The translations under genes were made by a program, and so were the position numbers. The notes beneath the pieces were generated by a model. It saw only the letters and a program-made list of their open reading frames with translations, made no database searches and had not been told where the DNA came from. DNA of 64,000 bases from Candidatus Aldehydirespirator sp. (GTDB taxonomy: Bacteria > Actinomycetota > Acidimicrobiia > Acidimicrobiales > Aldehydirespiratoraceae): contig OZ241894.1 in NCBI GenBank assembly GCA_965203575.1, positions 2,956,322 through 3,020,321 on the forward strand, read 5' to 3'. Below are positions 1 through 7,958 of the stretch, in pieces (the stretch's first letter is position 1; each line of letters opens with the position of its first letter).

Positions 1-973
1 AGGTGTCACGGTCTGTCTCGACCTGCACGTCGACCCGTTCGCCGGGGTCGCTGAACTTGACCGCATTGTCGAGGAGGTTGAATACCGCCGACTCGAGGTG
101 CAGCCGGGAGCCTCGCATGGGGGCAAGGTCGGCGGGCATCGACACCACCACCTTGACGTCGCGCTGCTCGGCCGTCTCTGAGATCCGGTCGTTGGCTGCG
201 GCCACGACGGCGCCGATGTCCACCCGCTCGTCCGGCCGGCCTCTCTCGTCCTCCAGCATGGCCAGGGTAAGCAGGTCGTCGATGGTGTTGGCCACTCGCT
301 GGATCTCGATCTGCATCCGGCCCGCGAGCCGCGCCACCACTTCGGGCTCGGTGTCCGCGGCCAGCGAATCGGCCAGCAGGCTCAGAGCCCCGATCGGGGT
401 CTTGAGCTCGTGGCTGACGTTGGCCACGAAGTCCCTCCTCACCGACTCGATGCGGTCATGCTCGGTTATGTCGTGCACCAGTGCGACCGCGCCCAGAATC
501 TCGCCCCCGCGCTCCACCGGCCCGGCCCTCACTTCGTAGCTGCGGCGGGGCTCGGTGTGCAGCTCGACCCTGGTCGTGGCCTGCTCGCCGGATCGGGCCT
601 GCTCGAGCAGCTCCTTGATCATCCGGGTCACGAGGGCTTCGCCGTGTCGGGCCTGGAGGAATTGCGTGGCCGCGGTGTTGTGCGCCACTACCCGTCCGTC
701 GCGGTCGCACAGCACGAGCGCCGCCTGCAGGGCGTCGAGGCTCGCCTCCATCCTGCTGGCCGCGGTCTCGGCCGACACCTGGCTGGCCTCAGCCGACTCC
801 AGGTGCCTCTCGGCGTCCTCGATGACGCGGCGGGCCGACCGCCCCCGGGGGGCCTGGTGGTGCCGCTCGGGGTCACGGTTCCTGATCCATCGTCGCAGGA
901 GCGCCCGGTCCAGGGCGATGCCCACCATTGCGCCGCCCACCATCAGGAGCACTCCGATGATGAGCGAGGTCAT
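1..973 (-). CDS. Sensor histidine kinase, PhoR/SenX3-like; the C-terminal part runs off the window start
   Basis: Own minus-strand translation from ATG 973..971. N-terminal TM helix MTSLIIGVLLMVGGAMVGIAL, H-box FVANVSHELKTPIGAL, N-box FNLLDNAVKFS. There is no stop before position 1, so it is absent from the ORF track. It lies directly downstream of phoU. Confidence 0.8.
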   Translation of the reverse strand, partial: MTSLIIGVLLMVGGAMVGIALDRALLRRWIRNRDPERHHQAPRGRSARRVIEDAERHLESAEASQVSAETAASRMEASLDALQAALVLCDRDGRVVAHNTAATQFLQARHGEALVTRMIKELLEQARSGEQATTRVELHTEPRRSYEVRAGPVERGGEILGAVALVHDITEHDRIESVRRDFVANVSHELKTPIGALSLLADSLAADTEPEVVARLAGRMQIEIQRVANTIDDLLTLAMLEDERGRPDERVDIGAVVAAANDRISETAEQRDVKVVVSMPADLAPMRGSRLHLESAVFNLLDNAVKFSDPGERVDVQVETDRDT

Positions 974-985
974 CGGTGGCCGATT

Positions 986-1756
986 CTAGTCGGCCTTGTC
1001 GTCGCCGTTGGAGGACATCTCCGCCGGGTCGGTGGCCAGTTCCTGCATGCTGGGCTCGTGGCGCTCTTGGCGGACCCGGTGCCGGGCGATCCCGGCCCGC
1101 CACGGCATGATGCCCGAGACCATGTAACGGACCCGGTCGCTGATGTTCACGGCATGGTCGCCGATGCGCTCGTAGTAGCGGGCTATCAGGGCCAGCTGCA
1201 CCGACGGCTGGACGTCGAGATCGTGGGTGCGGCTCGACTCCAGCAGGGTCTTGACGAAGGTGCGGTGCAGGCTGTCGAGCCGGTCGTCGATGTCGTGAAG
1301 CGCGCTGGCCAGCGCGGCGTCGCGCTCGGAGTAGGAGTCCACCGACAACCGGATCAGGCGGATCGCCTCCTCGTTCATCTCCGCGATCAGGCCGCGCAGC
1401 CTGGGGGGCAGCTCGGTGCGGAACATGCGGCGGGCGCCCTTGCAGATGTTGCAGGCCAGGCCGCCGGTCCGCTCGAGCTCGCCCGTGATCCACATGGCGG
1501 CCAGGATCTGGCGGAGGTCGCCGGCCATGGGCTGTTGCAGGGCCAGCAGGCTCTGGCACTTCTCCTCGACCTCGATGGCGGCCACGTCGATGTGGTCGTC
1601 GTCGTCGATGATTTGCTGGGCCTCGACCAGGTCGTAACGCAACAGGGCATCGGTGGCCCTGGCCACCGCGTCGCCGGCCCGGGCCGCGAGCTGGACTATC
1701 AGGTCGCTGATCTCGTCGATCTCGGCGTGGAAGCCTTTGCGGGTCTGCTCGGTCAT
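986..1756 (-). CDS. phoU: Phosphate signalling regulator PhoU
   Basis: C-terminal 256 aa of ORF 986..2155(-), starting MTEQTRKGFHAEIDE (ATG 1756..1754). Shows the PhoU repeat signature ARYYERIGDHAVNISDRV. The upstream part of that ORF overlaps pstB and is Arg/Pro-rich noise. Confidence 0.9.
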   Translation of the reverse strand: MTEQTRKGFHAEIDEISDLIVQLAARAGDAVARATDALLRYDLVEAQQIIDDDDHIDVAAIEVEEKCQSLLALQQPMAGDLRQILAAMWITGELERTGGLACNICKGARRMFRTELPPRLRGLIAEMNEEAIRLIRLSVDSYSERDAALASALHDIDDRLDSLHRTFVKTLLESSRTHDLDVQPSVQLALIARYYERIGDHAVNISDRVRYMVSGIMPWRAGIARHRVRQERHEPSMQELATDPAEMSSNGDDKAD

Positions 1757-1767
1757 GGTCGCCTCGC

Positions 1768-2652
1768 TCAGCCGAATCGTCCGGTGACGTAGTTCTCGGT
1801 GCGCTCGTCGGACGGATTGGAGAACATCTTCTGGGTGGTGTCCACCTCCACCAGGATGCCGGTGCGGGTGTCGTTCTCGGAGTGCACGTCTGCGGTGAAG
1901 AAGGCGGTGGTGTCGCTGACCCGAGCCGCCTGCTGCATGTTGTGGGTGACGATCATGATGGTGTAGTCCTGCTTGATCTCCTGCATCAGGTCCTCGATGC
2001 GGGCGGTGGCGATGGGGTCGAGCGCGGAGCACGGCTCGTCCATCAGCAGCACGTCGGGGCCGACCGCGATGGCCCGGGCGATGCACAGCCTCTGCTGCTG
2101 CCCTCCCGACAGCCCGAGCGCTGAGTCGGTCAGGCGGTCGCTCACCTCCTCCCACAGGGCCGCCTTGCGCAGCGAGTTCTCCACGATGTCGTCGAGCCCC
2201 TTCTTCTGGCCGGCCACCCTCGGCCCGTAGGCGACGTTGTCGTAGATCGACTTGGGGAAGGGGTTGGGCTTCTGGAACACCATGCCGATGCGGCGCCGCA
2301 CCTCGACCGGGTCGACCCGCTCGTCGTACAGGTCGGTCCCGCGGTAGGTGATGGAACCGGTCACCCGCGCCGTTCTGATCAGGTCGTTCATGCGGTTGTA
2401 GCAGCGCAGCACCGTCGTCTTCCCGCAGCCCGACGGGCCGATGAGGGCCATGATCTCGTTCCTGTGGACGTCGAACGAGACGTCGCGCACGGCTCGGAAG
2501 GCGCCGTAGTACACGTTGACGTTGCGTGAGCGGAACACGACGTCGCGCTCGGTGGACAGCGACGGCATCGCCTCGGCCGGACTGGCATCGTTGCCGGCGT
2601 CGACCGAGTGGTCGACGACAGTGTCGGTGACAGTCTCCGTAGGGTCGGGCAT
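1768..2652 (-). CDS. pstB: Phosphate ABC transporter ATP-binding protein PstB
   Basis: ORF 1768..3006(-) trimmed to ATG 2652..2650 (MPDPTETV...). Walker [10 protein letters not shown], signature LSGGQQQRL, Walker B LLMDEP. Confidence 0.92.
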   Translation of the reverse strand: MPDPTETVTDTVVDHSVDAGNDASPAEAMPSLSTERDVVFRSRNVNVYYGAFRAVRDVSFDVHRNEIMALIGPSGCGKTTVLRCYNRMNDLIRTARVTGSITYRGTDLYDERVDPVEVRRRIGMVFQKPNPFPKSIYDNVAYGPRVAGQKKGLDDIVENSLRKAALWEEVSDRLTDSALGLSGGQQQRLCIARAIAVGPDVLLMDEPCSALDPIATARIEDLMQEIKQDYTIMIVTHNMQQAARVSDTTAFFTADVHSENDTRTGILVEVDTTQKMFSNPSDERTENYVTGRFG

Positions 2653-2660
2653 CGGGGGTG

Positions 2661-3623
2661 TCAGCCTCGCTTCTTCTCGAATCGATTGCGTAGTCCGATG
2701 GCGGCGGAGTTCATCATCAGCACGAACACGAGCAGCACGACAATGGCACTCGCGGCGGCCGCAGTAAAGCCGACATCGCGGCCCGACTGCACGGTCCAGG
2801 TGGTGATCACGATCGGCAGGGCGGTGAACCGGTCGGTCAGAGCGCTCAGGTCGAGCAGTCCGGGGTCGCTGCCGAGCCTGCCCGAGATCGCACCGACCAG
2901 GATCAGCGGCGCGGCCTCGCCCACCGCCCGAGACATCGACAGCAGTGTGCCGGTGAGGATGCCGGGGGCGGCGTAGGGCAGTACCTGGGTGCGGATCATC
3001 TCCCACTTGGTGGCGCCCACGCCGTAGGCGCCCTCGCGCAGCGAGACGGGCACGGCCCGGACGGCTTCACCGGAGGTGATCACCACGATGGGCAGCGCCA
3101 GTATGGCCAGGGTGATTCCGGCCGACAGAGCGGACGAGCCGCCCGTCAAGCGGTCCAGGCCGAACAGGTTGCCCTTCACCAGCAGGGCCAGACCGAGCAG
3201 CCCGTAGACCACCGAGGGCACGCCGGCCAGATTGCGGATGTTGACCTCGATGAAGGCGGTGAACCGGTTCCTGGGCGCGTACTCCTCGAGGTAGACCGCG
3301 GCGCCGATGCCGACGGGGAAGGCGAGAACGGCCACGATCACCGCGATCCACAGCGAGCCGTACAGTCCCTGGTGGACGCCCAGGCGATCGTCGCTGGACT
3401 GCGAGCGCAGGGTTCCGCTGAGGAAGTCGCCCAGACGGGCGCCGAGCTGGTCGGCGCTGTTGTTCACGACGCTGATGATCAGTACGGCCAGCAGCACCAG
3501 CGTCACCAGCAGGCAGGACTGCAGCAGCGTGCGGAACAGCAGGCCGCGCGTGTCGATGCGGCGTCTCTCGATCGAGGCCGCGATGGCGGCCCGGGACTTG
3601 TCGTCGGAGAGGCGGCTGATCAT
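2661..3623 (-). CDS. pstA: Phosphate ABC transporter permease PstA
   Basis: 320-aa polytopic membrane ORF between pstB and pstC, with an ABC permease EAA-type loop ([16 protein letters not shown]). Confidence 0.88.
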   Translation of the reverse strand: MISRLSDDKSRAAIAASIERRRIDTRGLLFRTLLQSCLLVTLVLLAVLIISVVNNSADQLGARLGDFLSGTLRSQSSDDRLGVHQGLYGSLWIAVIVAVLAFPVGIGAAVYLEEYAPRNRFTAFIEVNIRNLAGVPSVVYGLLGLALLVKGNLFGLDRLTGGSSALSAGITLAILALPIVVITSGEAVRAVPVSLREGAYGVGATKWEMIRTQVLPYAAPGILTGTLLSMSRAVGEAAPLILVGAISGRLGSDPGLLDLSALTDRFTALPIVITTWTVQSGRDVGFTAAAASAIVVLLVFVLMMNSAAIGLRNRFEKKRG

Positions 3624-3674
3624 CCCGTCGGCCTCTCCGGAACACGCGGACCGTTCATCGTCGTGCCGTCTCCA

Positions 3675-4826
3675 CTAGTACTCCTCGCGTACCCGGGCCA
3701 CGAACCGCGCTGCAACGACGTTGAGGCCCAGCGTTATCGCGAACAGCAGCAGCCCTACGAAGTACAGGCTCTGGAACGTGAGCCCCTCGCCCACCACGCT
3801 GTCCGTGCCCGAGGCCAGTGACGCCATGGCTGCCGTCATTGTCAGGCTGCCCTCGAAGGGCGAATCGGTGAACCGGGTGGCGTCGGCGGCTCCGCCGGCC
3901 AGGAAGACCACCATCGTCTCGCCGATGGCTCGGGAGACGGCCACTATGAAGGCGGCCACAATGCCGGAGATGGCCGCCGGCACGACGACCGTGGTCGCCG
4001 TGGCCATCTTGCGGGCCCCGAGGCCGGCCGATGCCTCTCGCAAGGAGTCGGGCACCGCGGCCATGGCGTCCTCGGAGATGGAGGCCACGAGAGGGATGGT
4101 CAGGATGCCCACTCCAATCCCGGCCGCGGCCAGTGAACCGGCTCGGGCCGGCGCGAACTCGAGCCAGACGTTGAGGAGCCAGGCCGCGGTCAACCCGAAG
4201 ATGGCGACGATCACCGCGATGGCGCCGACGGCGACGATGAGCGCAGACGAATCGGAGCCGCTCTCGCGGTAGTGCTTGATCCGGTTGCGTGCGACCCCGA
4301 TGGCTACGACGGCATACCCCGCCAGGATCATCGCACCGATGACCAGGAAGGTGTTCCTGCCGATGCGCCCGACGAGGTTGGGGGCGATCCAGGTGAGGGC
4401 GAAGAATCCCAGGACGACCGAGGGGATGCCGGCCAGGATCTCCAGCGCCGGCTTCAGCCAGGCTCGGACTCTGCGGTTGGCGTACTCCGACAGGTAGACG
4501 GCCGCGCCCAGGCCCAACGGTCCGGCCACGAGCATGGCGATGGCCGTGACGATGATGGAGGCGATGACGATTGTGGGTATGTCGTACAGGCCCCTCCGGG
4601 GGAACCAGCCCAGCTGTCCCCAGGTGTCGGCCCACGCCACGCCGGTGATGAACGTCCAGGCCTCCGCGACCAGGTTCCAAACGATCAGGGTGCTCACCAA
4701 CACCGACACGAGCGCCGCCGTCAGCAGGCTGAACCGGACGATCACCTCGCGGCGCCGGCGGGCGGGCGCGATCTGGAGGCGTTCGACCGTCAGCGGCACC
4801 GGGTGGGCGACGGTCGCATCGGTCAC
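3675..4826 (-). CDS. pstC: Phosphate ABC transporter permease PstC
   Basis: 383-aa polytopic membrane ORF with permease motif SRAIGETMVVFLAGG, positioned between pstS and pstA. Confidence 0.88.
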   Translation of the reverse strand: MTDATVAHPVPLTVERLQIAPARRRREVIVRFSLLTAALVSVLVSTLIVWNLVAEAWTFITGVAWADTWGQLGWFPRRGLYDIPTIVIASIIVTAIAMLVAGPLGLGAAVYLSEYANRRVRAWLKPALEILAGIPSVVLGFFALTWIAPNLVGRIGRNTFLVIGAMILAGYAVVAIGVARNRIKHYRESGSDSSALIVAVGAIAVIVAIFGLTAAWLLNVWLEFAPARAGSLAAAGIGVGILTIPLVASISEDAMAAVPDSLREASAGLGARKMATATTVVVPAAISGIVAAFIVAVSRAIGETMVVFLAGGAADATRFTDSPFEGSLTMTAAMASLASGTDSVVGEGLTFQSLYFVGLLLFAITLGLNVVAARFVARVREEY

Positions 4827-4871
4827 GGCGTGAAGCTACTTGGCATCAGGACTCGACGGGCACGCCCGTGG

Positions 4872-5978
4872 TCAGCTGATGACGGCCCGGTCGTGCCAGC
4901 GTCCGGCGGTCTCCGCGCGGGCCGCGTCGGTGAGCGGCACGTAGCCCACATCGCTGACCGCGGTGGATAGTGCCTCGGAGACGTAGAAGTCCACGTAGGC
5001 CACTATGGCGTCGTTGGCCGCGGCCTTGTCGGCGTTGACATAGATCCACAGGTCACGGCTGATGGGATACTCGTTCGAGGCAATGCTGTCCGGTGTCGGG
5101 CTGATGCAGCCGGCTCCACCGTCGATCTCGATCAGTTTGACACCCGTGGCGTTGACGGCGAATGCGAAACCGACCCAGCCCAGGCTCGTGTCGCTGGACT
5201 GGATTCCTTGAAGGATCACGTTGTCATTGCCTGAGGGGATGTAGTCGGTGCGGGTGGTGGCGTCCACTCCGGCTTCCTCGGCGAGGTCCTCGAGGACGAT
5301 CTCGATGAAGGAGTCGAAGGTTCCGGACTCCTCGCCGGGTCCGAAGATGTCCAGCGGGGCGTCGGGCAGGCCCGCGGAGGCCTCGGCCCAGGTGCTGGTG
5401 CCCTCGCCGTTGGGGCCGATCAAATCGAAGAGTTGATGGAAGTTCAGACACTCGACCGCGCCGTTGTTGGCGTTGGTCATGACCGCGATTCCGTCGATGC
5501 CCACCTTCAGCTCGATGACGTTGTTGATGCCGTTGGCGAAGCAGTCCTCCTTCTCGGAGTCCTTGATCTGGCGGGAGGCGTCGGAGATGTCGGTCTCGCC
5601 CGCGCAGAACAGCTTGAAACCGTCGCCGGTGCCGGGACCGTCAACAGTCACCGACACATCCGGGGCCGCGTCCTCGAACAGTTCGGCCACCCGGATCGAG
5701 ATCGGCTCAACCGTCGACGAACCCGAGATGTTCACCTCCCCCGAGACCGTCGAGGGGTCGACAGCGGGCTCGGCCATCTCTTCTTCGGTCATGGCTGCGA
5801 CTGTCGTGGTCGGCGCGGCGTCGGCAGCGCCGGTGTCGCCGGTGTCGGCAGTGCCGGTGTCGGAGGCGGCCGATGGGGTAGAGGTGTCTTCGTCGTCTCC
5901 GCCGCATGCTGCGGCCACTAGCGAGAAGCTCACGATGATCACCGGCAGCCAGAGGAGCCGGCGCCTTGAGTTGCGCAC
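4872..5978 (-). CDS. pstS: Phosphate-binding lipoprotein PstS
   Basis: 368-aa ORF with GTG start 5978..5976 and lipobox LVAAACGG. It has an acidic Thr/Asp-rich linker followed by a periplasmic-binding-protein body, and is the first gene of the pstSCAB order. Confidence 0.88.
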   Translation of the reverse strand: MRNSRRRLLWLPVIIVSFSLVAAACGGDDEDTSTPSAASDTGTADTGDTGAADAAPTTTVAAMTEEEMAEPAVDPSTVSGEVNISGSSTVEPISIRVAELFEDAAPDVSVTVDGPGTGDGFKLFCAGETDISDASRQIKDSEKEDCFANGINNVIELKVGIDGIAVMTNANNGAVECLNFHQLFDLIGPNGEGTSTWAEASAGLPDAPLDIFGPGEESGTFDSFIEIVLEDLAEEAGVDATTRTDYIPSGNDNVILQGIQSSDTSLGWVGFAFAVNATGVKLIEIDGGAGCISPTPDSIASNEYPISRDLWIYVNADKAAANDAIVAYVDFYVSEALSTAVSDVGYVPLTDAARAETAGRWHDRAVIS

Positions 5979-6078
5979 TTAGATGTCCCTCCCTTGGGAA
6001 ATGGCATGGCAAGCCCGCACCTGTTGCGGGCCGCAGGCAAGTTAGATGGGGCAAGGTTTCAGACAGCCGGGGCCACCG

Positions 6079-6121
6079 TGAAGCGGGAGTGAATGCCGGT
6101 GAACGGCAGGTGAATTTGTCA
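6079..6121 (-). promoter_or_regulatory. PHO-box-like array: four direct GTGAA (minus strand TTCAC) units phased at 11, 10 and 11 bp upstream of pstS
   Basis: Plus strand reads GTGAAGCGGGA GTGAATGCCG GTGAACGGCAG GTGAATTTGTC, with units starting at 6079, 6090, 6100 and 6111. On the pstS strand these read (G/A/C)TTCACnnnnn, resembling OmpR/PhoB-family direct-repeat operators. The array lies about 100-140 bp upstream of the pstS start. Confidence 0.6.
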
Positions 6122-7336
6122 GGCCAAGTCGTCCAGTGCGTCCTGGAGACGGCCCCGGTTGAAGCTGCTGACCTTCTCAACGACGGTCACGCCCGCGCCG
6201 TCGAGCAGTATCAGGTTGGGGTTGCCGGCCCTGTAGTGGCGCCAAGCGTCGTTGGACTCGCTCCACAGCGTGTGGGGCGGACCCCCAGCAGAGGCCACGA
6301 AGCTCTCGGCCTGGGCGCGGGTGTCCGATCCGCCCACGCCTATGACGATGACCTTGCCCTCGTTGTCTCGGGCGAACTGCCCGACGGGCCCTGCTTCGGC
6401 CCGGCAGATCGGTCAATGGGGGGCCCAGAACCAGAGCAACAGGGGCGTCGAGCCGTCCACGAAGTCGCGGAGGTTGACGGTCGCTCCCGTGCGCACATCG
6501 ATCATGTCCTGAGCCGGCACGTCGGTCTCGATGACCGGCGCGGCGGTGGTTGTGGGCGCGGCGGTCGTCGTTGGTGCGGCGGTGGTTGTGGGCGCGGCGG
6601 TGGTTGTGGGCGCGGCGGTTGTCGTGGTCTCGGCTTCAGCCGCCGCGGCCGCTTCGGCTTCCGCGGCGGCGGCTGCGGCTAGCGCCTCGGCCTCGGCGGC
6701 TGCGGCTTGAGCCTCGGCCTCGGCGATTGCGGCCAGGGCGGCGGCCTCCTCAGCTTCGGCGGCGGCTAGAGCGGCTGCCTCAGCCGCCGCGGCTTGGGCA
6801 GCCGCTTCTGCTTCGGCCGCGGCCTGCGCTTCGGCGGCGGCTTGGGCGGCTGCTTCAGCCTCCGCGGCGGCTTGGGCTGCGGCTTCGGCTTCGGCGGCGG
6901 CTTGGGCGGCTGCGGCGGCAGCCTCAGCCTCAGCTTCGGCTTCGACCTCGGCCTCCGCCGCGGCTCTAGCCGCGGCCGCTTCAGCTTCGGCTTGTGCTGC
7001 TTCGGCTTTGGCGGCGGCTTGGGCTGCTTCTGCTTCGGCCTCGGCTGCCTCGGCCGCGGTTCTGGCCGCCTCCGCCTGGGCTGCTTCTGCTTCGGCGGCG
7101 GCTTGGGCGGCTGCCTCCGCATCGGCGGCAGCGGCGGCTTCTGCTTCGGTGGCGGCTTGGGCGGCTGCTTCGGCTTCGGCCTCGGCTATGAGAGCGGCGT
7201 CATCGGCCGCGCTGGTGGTAGGCGTCTCGGCGGTGGCACCGCTGCCGGAGCTTGGCTCGTCGCTGCCGCAGGCCGCGGCCGCAAGAGCCACGGCCATGAG
7301 CACGGCGACGATCCGGGCGGGGTACGGCATCTTCAT
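6119..7336 (-). CDS. TlpA/ResA-like thioredoxin-fold lipoprotein, predicted selenoprotein (UxxC), with a long Ala/Glu-rich and (TTTAAP)5 spacer
   Basis: ORFs 6413..7336(-) and 6119..6337(-) are in one frame, joined through TGA 6415..6413. The joined sequence reads ...PLLLWFWAPH-U-PICRAEAGPVGQFARDNEGKVIVIGVGGSD...LILLDGAGVTV. Lipobox LAAAACGS. TGA occupies the first Cys position of the FWAxWCxxC motif. Confidence 0.7.
6368..6407 (-). promoter_or_regulatory. Candidate bacterial SECIS: two adjacent hairpins 11-49 nt downstream of the in-frame UGA of gene 6119..7336
   Basis: Minus strand after TGA: GGGCC-GAAGCAG-GGCCC (extendable by CTGCC/GGCAG), then TCGGGC-AGTTC-GCCCGA. The paralog has hairpins at the same offsets. 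Confidence 0.5.
6537..6626 (-). repeat. 5 x 18-bp tandem repeat encoding (TTTAAP)5
   Basis: Units ggcgcggcggtggttgtg start at 6537, 6555, 6573, 6591 and 6609. Units 1 and 4 are identical and the others differ at a few positions. Confidence 0.9.
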
Positions 7337-7339
7337 CGC

Positions 7340-7945
7340 TCAGGTTAGGGCAGCAAGCTGGTCGCTGAGCCTGGCTGCGTCGAAACTGCCGGGGCTGTCG
7401 TCGGCCAGGTTGCCGCCGCTGTCGAGCAGCCGCACGCTCGAGTTCCTCCCAACACCGAAGTGGCGCCACGACTCGTTGGAGTCACTCCACAGCATGGTGA
7501 AGGTGGTTCCGGTCTGGGACACGAACCGCTCGGCATAGGCGAAGTCGTCCTGGGCGCCGATACCCACGACCTTCACCTTGCCGGCGTTGTCTTGAGCGAA
7601 CTGCTCAAGGGCCGGAGCCTCTCTCCGGCAGGTCGGTCAATGGGGCGCCCAGAACCACAAGAGCAGAGGCGTCTCGCCGCTCACCAGCGACTGGAGATTG
7701 ACGGTCTCACCCGTGTACACGCTGACCATGTCGAGGTCGGGCACGTCGCCGGCCGCACTGGCAGCGGCGTCAGGAGCTGTCGCATCGGCACCGGTGGCGG
7801 CCTCTTCGGTGGTGATCGTGACGTCGACCGACCCGCAGGCGGCTGCCACGAGGGCGACCATCACCGCGCAGACAACGAATCGGACGTTCATTCGTCCTCG
7901 GATCTTCATTCGTCCTCGGATCTTCATTCGCCTTTCGATTCTCAT
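7340..7945 (-). CDS. TlpA/ResA-like thioredoxin-fold lipoprotein, predicted selenoprotein (UxxC); start ambiguous among four in-frame ATGs (7945, 7927, 7909, 7891)
   Basis: ORFs 7637..7987(-) and 7340..7576(-) are in one frame, joined through TGA 7639..7637. The joined sequence reads ...PLLLWFWAPH-U-PTCRREAPALEQFAQDNAGKVKVVGIGAQDD...VRLLDSGGNL. Lipobox LVAAACGS. ATG 7945..7943 overlaps the upstream gene's stop (ATGA). Confidence 0.7.
7591..7629 (-). promoter_or_regulatory. Candidate bacterial SECIS: two adjacent hairpins 11-49 nt downstream of the in-frame UGA of gene 7340..7945
   Basis: Minus strand after TGA: GCCGGAG-AGAGG-CTCCGGC (7629..7611), then CTTGAGC-AGTTC-GCTCAAG (7609..7591). Both stems are 7 bp perfect. 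Confidence 0.55.
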
Positions 7946-7958
7946 TCGTCTTTGCTCT
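7887..7958 (-). repeat. 18-bp tandem repeat (2 perfect + 2 degenerate copies), each carrying a purine-rich tract plus an in-frame ATG
   Basis: ttcattcgtcctcggatc at 7887..7904 and 7905..7922, with degenerate copies at 7923..7940 and 7941..7958. The minus-strand unit reads GATCCGAGGACGAATGAA. Confidence 0.9.

Noticed and set aside
410-1792. Long plus-strand ORF (460 aa) and similar long antisense ORFs elsewhere, for example 8709..11303(+), 10222..12633(-), 15442..18036(-), 19738..21621(-), 22808..23383(-), 23776..25095(-) and 61668..62888(-).
   Set aside because: They lie antisense to, or out of frame with, genes that have clear family motifs. Their translations are Arg/Pro/Gly/His-rich with no motifs. 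This is the usual stop-codon-poor shadow-ORF artefact of high-GC DNA.
6413-6415. Reading the TGAs at 6413..6415 and 7637..7639 as genuine stops, making the genes pseudogenes or two-part genes.
   Set aside because: The same codon position (the catalytic Cys of CxxC) is affected in two diverged paralogs. The frame stays open and family-like for more than 70 codons afterwards, and hairpins follow at matching offsets. Pseudogenisation remains the fallback if the genome lacks Sec machinery.
6640-7200. Alternative-frame products of the GC-rich triplet-repeat region (RRLRL.../PPKPK... ORFs 6550..6969, 6766..7122, 6794..7348, 7008..7538).
   Set aside because: Only the Ala/Glu frame connects a lipoprotein signal peptide to the thioredoxin fold. 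The others are frame shadows of the same repeat.
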